Source: Deltaproteobacteria bacterium | Lineage (GTDB): Bacteria > Desulfobacterota > Deferrimicrobia > Deferrimicrobiales > Deferrimicrobiaceae | DNA: 39,178 nt | NCBI GenBank assembly: GCA_030668225.1 | Contig: DAOUUI010000003.1 | Location: forward strand, 1-39,178 | Direction of reading: 5' to 3' | Part shown: positions 32,611 to 39,178 of the stretch, one piece after another | How positions within the stretch are numbered: the stretch's first letter is position 1 | How the letters are laid out: each line of letters opens with the position of its first letter | Notes under the pieces: generated by a model | Seen by the model: only the letters and a program-made list of their open reading frames with translations | What the model was told of the DNA's origin: nothing | Databases searched by the model: none | Made by a program: the position numbers and the translations under genes

Positions 32611-33538
32611 GAAAGGCCGGTTCCGGGGAAAGACGGTCGGGGTGTTCCTCGGCGGCGAGTCCTCGGAGCGGGAGGTGTCGCTTATGACCGGGGCCGCCGC
32701 GGTTGCGGCGCTTCGGCGAAAGGAATACCGGGTGGCCGAGATCGACATCCGGGGGGATTGGCTCCGGGTGATTCACGAGGCGAAGATCGACGTGGCCTTC
32801 ATCGCCCTCCACGGCCGGCTGGGGGAAGACGGATGCATCCAGGGGGCTCTGGAGTGTGCGCGCGTGCCGTACACCGGGTCGGGCGTCGCCGCCTCCGCCG
32901 TCTCGATGAGCAAGGTGATGGCCAAACGGGTCGTAACCGCCGTCGGCCTCCCCTGTCCGCCCGACGCCCTGTTCGAGGGGGAGGATCTTGCTTCCCCGTC
33001 CCCGCCGGCGTTCGGTTTCCCTCTCGTGGTGAAGCCGGACCGGGAGGGGTCCACGGTGGGGATCAGCCTGGTTACGGACGTCGGGGGATGGAGCGGGGCC
33101 ATGGCCACGGCGGGGAAGTACGATACCCGGGTGCTGGTCGAGGCCTACGTGCCGGGGAGGGAGATCACGGTAGGGATCGTGAACGGCAGGGCGCTCCCCG
33201 CGATCGAAATCGTGCCGATGTCGGGCACGGGGTTCTACGACTACCATTCCAAGTACACGGCGGGGCAGACGGAGTACGTGATCCCCGTACCGATGGACCG
33301 CGAGATCCTTCTGCGGGCAGCGGAGTTTACGCGCACCGGGGCGTTAGCCCTGTCGCTGCGCGGCGCGGCAAGGATCGATTACCGGGTGGATCCGGCGGGG
33401 AACCTCTTCTTCCTGGAAGCGAACACGATCCCGGGGATGACGGAGACGAGCCTCCTGCCCAAGGCGGCGAAGTTCGACGGAGTCCCCTTCGATGATCTCG
33501 TCGAGGAGATATTGGACGATGCGGGGTTGAACAAGTAG
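32603..33538 (+). CDS. ddl: D-alanine--D-alanine ligase
   Basis: GGESSEREVS, LHGRLGEDG, FYDYHSKY omega loop, EANTIPG. Confidence 0.96.
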   Translation: MSEKGRFRGKTVGVFLGGESSEREVSLMTGAAAVAALRRKEYRVAEIDIRGDWLRVIHEAKIDVAFIALHGRLGEDGCIQGALECARVPYTGSGVAASAVSMSKVMAKRVVTAVGLPCPPDALFEGEDLASPSPPAFGFPLVVKPDREGSTVGISLVTDVGGWSGAMATAGKYDTRVLVEAYVPGREITVGIVNGRALPAIEIVPMSGTGFYDYHSKYTAGQTEYVIPVPMDREILLRAAEFTRTGALALSLRGAARIDYRVDPAGNLFFLEANTIPGMTETSLLPKAAKFDGVPFDDLVEEILDDAGLNK

Positions 33539-34375
33539 ATGATCGAGTACAAGGCATACCACAAGAAATCGCTCGGGAAGCGGAAACGTTCGCACTCTGC
33601 GCGCAAGCGAAAGAAGGGGAAGGGGCCAGGCCGCGGCCGGATTCCTCTCCGGCAGTGGTTTCCGGTGGCCGCGGCGGTGCTGGCGTTCCTTCTTCTGGGG
33701 GCGGGCGGGGCGGCCGCCTACTCCTGGCTCGGCCGGTCCGCCATCTTCTCGGTGCGGGTCGTCGACATGAACCCGTGCGCCCACGTAAAGGGGGACGAGG
33801 TCTCGGCAATCCTCAAGGGGGTTGCCCGGGGAAACATCTGGTCGCTCTCCAAGGAGGAGATCGGCCGGCGGATCCTGTCCCACCCGTTCGTGCGGGAGGT
33901 CGTCGTCCGGAAAGCGTTTCCGGACAAGCTTGTGGTGAGCATCGAGGAGCGGGAGCCGGTCGCGATGGTCAACCTGGACGCGCTCTACTACGTGGACGAG
34001 CGGGGAAACATTTTCAAGCGGCTGACCGCGTACGACGCGAAGAACTTCCCGATCCTCACCGGTTTTTCACGGGATGACCTCGCGTCCAGGGACCCGGTCA
34101 CGATCCGGAACCTGAAGAAGACGATCGATCTCCTGCGGCACGCGGAGGCCGGCACCTTGAACCGGAACATATCGGAAGTGCATTTCGACGCGCAGGACGG
34201 GTTCACGCTGGTGACCCGGGATTTCGGCCTCCAGCTGAAGATCGGGACGATGGACTTCGGCGAGGCGATGCGGCGGGTGGAGGAGGCGATTCCGAAACTG
34301 GCGAGCCTGGGGGGGGAGAAAAAGGTCGTGGATCTGAAAACAGCGGGCCGCATCTTCGTGCGGTCGGGGGAATAA
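33539..34375 (+). CDS. ftsQ: Cell division protein FtsQ/DivIB
   Basis: Basic cytoplasmic tail, one TM segment, POTRA (HPFVREVVVRKAFPD..IEER), position ddl-ftsQ-ftsA. Confidence 0.9.
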   Translation: MIEYKAYHKKSLGKRKRSHSARKRKKGKGPGRGRIPLRQWFPVAAAVLAFLLLGAGGAAAYSWLGRSAIFSVRVVDMNPCAHVKGDEVSAILKGVARGNIWSLSKEEIGRRILSHPFVREVVVRKAFPDKLVVSIEEREPVAMVNLDALYYVDERGNIFKRLTAYDAKNFPILTGFSRDDLASRDPVTIRNLKKTIDLLRHAEAGTLNRNISEVHFDAQDGFTLVTRDFGLQLKIGTMDFGEAMRRVEEAIPKLASLGGEKKVVDLKTAGRIFVRSGE

Positions 34376-35604
34376 TGGGTGAGTCGACAGAGCGGGTGAT
34401 CACCGGCCTGGATGTCGGATCGAGCAAGGTCGCGACGGTCATTGCGAAGAAGACCTCCGAGGGGCTGGAGATTCTCGGTGTGGGCGTCTGTCCGACGGAG
34501 GGGATGCGAAAAGGGTCCGTGGTCAACGTGGACGCGACCGTCAAGTCGATCGCGAAGAGCGTCTCCGAGGCGGAGAAGATGACGGGCCTCCCGGTGAATT
34601 CTGCGCTGGTCGGCGTATCCGGTCCGTTGATCAAGTCGTTCAACAGCCACGCGGCCGTCTCCGTTAGAAACGAGCGGGAGGTGACCGACGCGGACGTGGC
34701 GAGGGTCCTGGAACTGGCCAAGGCGGTGGAACTGCCGGCGGACCGGGAGATCCTGCACGTCCTGACCCAGGAGTTCATCGTCGACGATATGCCGGGCATC
34801 AAGGATCCCCGCGGGATGACGGGCATCCGCCTGGATGCGCGGGTGCACGTGGTGACCGACGATCTGCCGAGTACGCGCAATCTCGTGCGATGCGTCGAGA
34901 AGGCGGAGGTCAACATCGTCGACATCGTTCTCTCGCCGCTGGCCTCCGCGGATGCCGTGCTGACTCCGGAGGAGCGCGAAGTGGGTGTGGCGCTGCTGGA
35001 CTTCGGCGGCGGGACCGTCGATATGGCTCTTTTCTATGACGGCGCCCTCCGCCACACCTTCATCCTGCCCCTGGGAGGGTCCAACATCACCGCCGACGTG
35101 GCGGTGGGACTGCGGGTACCCGCGGCGGACGCGGAAGTCATGAAGATCGCCTCGGGGTGCGCGGCGATCCAGAAGGTCCGTCGGGACGAACTCGTGGAAT
35201 TGCCCGGGGTGGGAGGACGCCAGCCGAGGCCGATCCGGCGGCAGTACTTGAGCGAGATCATCGAGCCCCGCGCGGAGGAGATTTTCTCGCTCCTCAGGAG
35301 GGAGATCCTGCGTTCGGGGTTCGAGGATATGCTCGGGGCGGGAATCGTGCTCACGGGGGGCGGATCCCGCCTGGAAGGCCTCCCCGAGCTTGGAGAGCGG
35401 GTCTTTAACCTGCCCATGCGGCGGGGAGTCCCCATCGGTATCGGGGGGATGGCGGAGGTGGTGAACAGTCCCATCTTCGCGCCCGCGGTGGGGCTTACCC
35501 TCTACGGGGCGAATCTTGTGGAAAACGGGGGAAGACCGGCGGAGGAGGAGGCCAGGGGGGGATGGAAGGTGCGTGTGAAGCGGATCTTATCGGAATTTTT
35601 CTAA
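34375..35604 (+). CDS. ftsA: Cell division protein FtsA
   Basis: [22 protein letters not shown]-terminal amphipathic helix [13 protein letters not shown]. Confidence 0.97.
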   Translation: MGESTERVITGLDVGSSKVATVIAKKTSEGLEILGVGVCPTEGMRKGSVVNVDATVKSIAKSVSEAEKMTGLPVNSALVGVSGPLIKSFNSHAAVSVRNEREVTDADVARVLELAKAVELPADREILHVLTQEFIVDDMPGIKDPRGMTGIRLDARVHVVTDDLPSTRNLVRCVEKAEVNIVDIVLSPLASADAVLTPEEREVGVALLDFGGGTVDMALFYDGALRHTFILPLGGSNITADVAVGLRVPAADAEVMKIASGCAAIQKVRRDELVELPGVGGRQPRPIRRQYLSEIIEPRAEEIFSLLRREILRSGFEDMLGAGIVLTGGGSRLEGLPELGERVFNLPMRRGVPIGIGGMAEVVNSPIFAPAVGLTLYGANLVENGGRPAEEEARGGWKVRVKRILSEFF

Positions 35605-35633
35605 TAAACCGGGAAGCCCGGAAGGAGGAAGAC

Positions 35634-36794
35634 ATGTTCACTCTCGTAGAGGAAAACAAATGCCACGCGGTCATCAAGGTGTTCGGCCTCGGCGGCGGCG
35701 GCGGGAACGCCATCAACACCATGATTGAGGAGGGGCTCACAGGCGTGGAATTCATCGCCGCGAACACGGACGCGCAGGCCCTGGAGAAAAACCTCGCCCC
35801 CCTGAAGATCCAGATGGGAGCGAAGCTGACCAAGGGGCTGGGCGCGGGGGCGAACCCCGACATCGGACGGCAGGCGGCCCAGGAGGACCGGGATATCCTT
35901 CGCGAATCCTTGACGGGTGCCGACATGGTGTTCATGACGGCGGGGCTCGGCGGCGGCACGGGGACGGGAGGAGGGCCGGTCGTCGCGGAGGTCGCGCGGG
36001 AAATAGGGGCGCTCACCGTCGCGGTGGTCACCCGCCCGTTCTCGTTCGAGGGCGCCACCAGGCGCAGGCAGGCGGAGATGGGTCTGAAAGAGCTTCGCAG
36101 CATCGTGGACACCCTCATCGTGATCCCGAACGAAAAACTTCTCCTGATCGCCGGGAAGGAGATGCGGTTCGTGGAGGCGTTCCGGAAAGTCGACGAGGTC
36201 CTGTACCAGGCTGTCCGCGGGATCTCGGAGCTGGTGACCAAGCCGGGGTACATCAACCTCGACTTCGCCGACGTTAAGACGATCATGGCCGCATCCGGAG
36301 TGGCGTTGATGGGGACGGGGGCCGCGGAGGGACAGAACCGGGCGATGGCCGCCGCGGAGAAGGCGATCTCCAGCCCCCTCCTCGAGGATGTGGCCATCCG
36401 GGGTGCGCGGGGAGTCCTGTTCAACATCACGGCGGGACCGTCGCTCTCCATGAGCGAGGTGCACGAGGCCGCGGCGCTCATCCAGGAGGAAGCAGCCGAC
36501 GAGGCGAACATCATTTTCGGGACCGTGATCGATGACACGATGGGAGAGGAATTGAAAATCACCGTCATTGCCACCGGGTTCGAATCGAATGTGGCCGAGA
36601 GCATCTGGAAGGCGCCGCGCAAGACGATCAAGCTCGTGGGACGCGAGGACCTCGAGAAACCGACATTCCTGCGCGCCCAGGCGAGGGAACCCGAGAGGAT
36701 CGATCCGCTTCCGGTGATCGAGAGGCCGATCGAGGAAGAACCGCTGGTGGAGTTCGACATCCCGACGTTCCTTCGCAGGCGGCCTCCGGGCTGA
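35634..36794 (+). CDS. ftsZ: Cell division GTPase FtsZ
   Basis: [34 protein letters not shown]; ATG 35634 with AGGAGG. Confidence 0.99.
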   Translation: MFTLVEENKCHAVIKVFGLGGGGGNAINTMIEEGLTGVEFIAANTDAQALEKNLAPLKIQMGAKLTKGLGAGANPDIGRQAAQEDRDILRESLTGADMVFMTAGLGGGTGTGGGPVVAEVAREIGALTVAVVTRPFSFEGATRRRQAEMGLKELRSIVDTLIVIPNEKLLLIAGKEMRFVEAFRKVDEVLYQAVRGISELVTKPGYINLDFADVKTIMAASGVALMGTGAAEGQNRAMAAAEKAISSPLLEDVAIRGARGVLFNITAGPSLSMSEVHEAAALIQEEAADEANIIFGTVIDDTMGEELKITVIATGFESNVAESIWKAPRKTIKLVGREDLEKPTFLRAQAREPERIDPLPVIERPIEEEPLVEFDIPTFLRRRPPG

Positions 36795-38536
36795 TGACGT
36801 GGGAGACCCGCAGGTTTCACGAGGAGATCCTGTCCCGCGAGGTCGGGGCGGTTCGCAAAGAGTGGGGAGAGAGGCTCCGGGTCGCCCTCGTCTACCCGAA
36901 CCGGTACGAAGCGGCGATGTCCAACCTGGGGTTCTTGACCATTTACGCCCGGGTCAACGCACGGGCGGACGCCGTGTGCGAGAGGGCCTTCCTTCCGGGG
37001 GAGCGGACAGGAAAAGTCCTCCACGGCGGCTACAAGCGGCCTAGGCCGCGGGGGGAGCCTGCCGGCCGCGGGCTCCCTCTCACCACTCTTGAGAGCAGCC
37101 GACCGCTCTCCGATTTTGACATCGTAGCGTTTTCCCTTTCCTACGAGAACGACCTCCTTAACCTCCCCGGCCTGCTTGTGGCCGGGGGGGTCCCACCTTT
37201 TCGGGGCGACCGGGCCGCCGGGAAGCCCTCCCGCCTGAAGAAACGCCCGTTGGTCCTGGCGGGGGGATTCGCGGCGTCGCTCTCCCCCGAGCCCGCCGGC
37301 GTCGTTGCGGACGCCGTGGTGGTCGGGGACGGGGAGAGGGCGATCGGGTCGATCCTCGACCTGGGTTCCCCCCGGCCCGCGGACGACGGGTATCTGAAGG
37401 AGCTTGCCGCGATCCCCGGCCTGTTCGTCCCGGCCGGGTATCTTCCCGAGTACGACCCGCGGGCAGGAAACGGGCTGTCGCCCCCGGGGAGGTTCGCAGG
37501 CCTTGCGCCCCGCCCCGGGTTTCCCGCGCGCGTCGTCCGGGAGACGATTTCTCTCGAGGAGTTCCCCCCCGTTCTTCCGGTCTTAGCGGAGGACGCCGAG
37601 CTTGGGAGAATGGCGCTCGTGGAGACGTCGCGCGGATGCCCCAAACGGTGCGCGTTCTGCGCGGCCGCGCACGCCTGTCCCGATTTCCGGGAGGTTCCCT
37701 TAGGCCTCGTACGCGCGACCGTGGATGCCCTCTGGCCCCATCGGACAACGGTGGGCCTGGTGGGCGCGGCGGTCCTCGACTGGCGGCACTTCCGGGTCTT
37801 TTCGCGGGAGATCCTCGCCCGCGGCGGGTCTGTCTCTCCCGCCTCCGTCCGGGCGGACCTCGTGGACGAGGAGATCGCCGCAATCCTGTCGGCAAGCGGT
37901 CACAGGACGGTCTCCCTGGCGCCGGAGGCCGGGAGCGAGGAACTTCGGACGCGCATGGGAAAGCGGGTCGCCAACGAGGTCTTCTTCTCGGCCGCCCGGA
38001 CCCTGGCCCGCGCCGGGATCGTCTCCGTAAAGCTCTATTTCCTCTGCGGGATCCCCGGTGCCGGTGCCGGGGAGGAAGTGGAGGCTGCGGTCGACTTTCT
38101 TACCGCCTTACGGCGGGAAGTCCTGCGCGAGGCGAAGTCGATCGGTCGGATGGGGACGATTACGGCGGTCCTTTCCCCCTTCGTGCCCAAGCCGTTCACC
38201 CCGCTGCAGTGGGCCCCGATGGCCCGGGAGTTGGATCTTAAAAGCCGCCAGCGGGGCGTTGCCGCGAAGGTCAGGTCCCTGCCGAACGTGCGCGTGAGCG
38301 CCGAATCCCCCCGTTCCTCTCTCCTCCAGGGCTACCTGGGGCTTTCGGACCGGCGCGTCGAGACGATTCTCAGGCAGGCCGGGACGGGAAAGGTCAGGCT
38401 TCCCCGCGAGGATGCGCTTTCCGAGATCGTGTTCCGGGAAAAGGATGCGGAAGAAGTCTTCCCCTGGGACGTGGTCGAGGGCGGTCTGCCCCGGAAGGTG
38501 CTCAGGGCCCGCTACGAGGGGCTCACCCGGAGGTGA
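36794..38536 (+). CDS. Radical SAM protein (TIGR03960/YgiQ-like, uncharacterised)
   Basis: YPNRY..AMSNLG, ERAF, FSLSYEND, ETSRGCPKRCAFC (CxxxCxxC), APEAGSE, KLYF, FVPKPFTP.QW; TGATG overlap with ftsZ. Confidence 0.88.
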   Translation: MTWETRRFHEEILSREVGAVRKEWGERLRVALVYPNRYEAAMSNLGFLTIYARVNARADAVCERAFLPGERTGKVLHGGYKRPRPRGEPAGRGLPLTTLESSRPLSDFDIVAFSLSYENDLLNLPGLLVAGGVPPFRGDRAAGKPSRLKKRPLVLAGGFAASLSPEPAGVVADAVVVGDGERAIGSILDLGSPRPADDGYLKELAAIPGLFVPAGYLPEYDPRAGNGLSPPGRFAGLAPRPGFPARVVRETISLEEFPPVLPVLAEDAELGRMALVETSRGCPKRCAFCAAAHACPDFREVPLGLVRATVDALWPHRTTVGLVGAAVLDWRHFRVFSREILARGGSVSPASVRADLVDEEIAAILSASGHRTVSLAPEAGSEELRTRMGKRVANEVFFSAARTLARAGIVSVKLYFLCGIPGAGAGEEVEAAVDFLTALRREVLREAKSIGRMGTITAVLSPFVPKPFTPLQWAPMARELDLKSRQRGVAAKVRSLPNVRVSAESPRSSLLQGYLGLSDRRVETILRQAGTGKVRLPREDALSEIVFREKDAEEVFPWDVVEGGLPRKVLRARYEGLTRR

Positions 38537-38924
38537 CCCGGAAGAGGACGTTCCGGGTTCTCGGTCCGTCGAACTCGCAGAGGTAGATCGACTGCCAGGT
38601 GCCGAGCACCAGTTGCCCGGACTCGATGAACACCATGGTGTTGGGGCCGATCAGGCTCGCCTTGGCGTGCGCGTGCGCGTTTCCCTCCGTGTGGAGGTAT
38701 TGTGACTTCGAGGGGACGAGCGTTTCGAGGATATTGAGGAGATCCTGTTTTACGTCGGGGTCGGTGTTCTCGTTGATCGTGACAGCGGCGGTCGTGTGGG
38801 GGATGAATACCTGGCATGTGCCCCGGGTGACGCCGCTTTCCCGCACGACGAGCCTCACGGTGTGGGTGATGTCGATGAACTGCTGGGGGTGTTCCGTGCG
38901 GACCGTGATGGTTTTGAGGCCCAT
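38523..38924 (-). CDS. yjbQ: YjbQ/UPF0047 family protein
   Basis: HTTAAVTINEN.DPDV, H.EGNAHAHAKASL, LGTWQSIYLCEFDGPR; ATG at 38924 with GAGGGG SD. Confidence 0.93.
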   Translation of the reverse strand: MGLKTITVRTEHPQQFIDITHTVRLVVRESGVTRGTCQVFIPHTTAAVTINENTDPDVKQDLLNILETLVPSKSQYLHTEGNAHAHAKASLIGPNTMVFIESGQLVLGTWQSIYLCEFDGPRTRNVLFRVTSG

Positions 38925-38953
38925 GGCTTCCCCTCTCGGGACGATGCTTTCCT

Positions 38954-39005
38954 TTTGTAACACAGGAAGTTTGGTCGGGTCAAGAAATTGGGTTGCCGAT
39001 ATAAT
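38954..39005. promoter_or_regulatory. Divergent promoter region yjbQ/maf
   Basis: Minus strand TTGACC (38983-38978), 18 nt, TACAAA with TGn just upstream; plus strand TATAAT 39000-39005. Confidence 0.45.
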
Positions 39006-39014
39006 GAGGGGAAC

Positions 39015-39178
39015 GTGCATTCGCGTTCGAGATTGATACTGGCTTCGTCTTCTCCCAGACGCGACGCGCTCATGCGTGCGGTGGGCGTCCCGTTCCGCGT
39101 GGTTCCGTCGAAGGTCGAAGAGGTCCCCGCTCCGGGCGAACCCCCAGGGCGATTCGTCCGGCGGGCAGCCCGCGACAA
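39015..39178 (+). CDS. maf: Maf-family nucleoside triphosphate pyrophosphatase, 5' part (cut by window end)
   Basis: Own translation from GTG 39015: MHSRSRLILASSSPRRDALMRAVGVPFRVVPSKVEE..., with the LILASxSPRR Maf signature. Confidence 0.88.
   Translation, partial: MHSRSRLILASSSPRRDALMRAVGVPFRVVPSKVEEVPAPGEPPGRFVRRAARD

Noticed and set aside
33539-33650. Very basic N-terminus of FtsQ
   Set aside because: Basic cytoplasmic tails are normal for FtsQ/DivIB
38925-39020. N-terminal extension of YjbQ in the ORF track
   Set aside because: Crosses the AT-rich divergent promoter region; the SD-supported start is 38924

Overview
A GC-rich, almost entirely + strand block of core housekeeping genes from a deltaproteobacterial-type (Desulfobacterota/Deferrimicrobiota-like) chromosome; the taxon is inferred from gene order and protein style. 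Order: structured leader, pgeF, rho, rpmE, thyX, prfA, prmC, murA, hisD-B-H-A-F-I, HIT, rpsU, yqeY, terminator, dnaG, rpoD, tRNA-Ile2(CAU), Nif3, coiled-coil/C4 Zn-ribbon protein, RNase HI, rnpB (RNase P RNA), then the dcw cluster (mraZ rsmH ftsL ftsI murE murF mraY murD ftsW murG murC murB ddl ftsQ ftsA ftsZ), a radical SAM gene coupled to ftsZ, convergent yjbQ (-) and the start of a Maf gene missing from the ORF track. I see no integrase, transposase, phage gene, CRISPR array or defence system. The best candidate for an unexplained system is the tRNA-Nif3-Zn-ribbon-RNase H-RNase P RNA module, where the rnpB P1 helix extends over the rnhA stop codon. Other oddities: a probable CTG start for murA, a his operon without hisG/hisE/hisC but with a HIT gene, twin TTGACA-N18-GAAAATGA promoters, a doubled FtsZ C-terminal peptide, and palindromic DNA in the 5' leader and in frame inside the radical SAM gene. 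All calls are by eye; no searches or folding programs were run.
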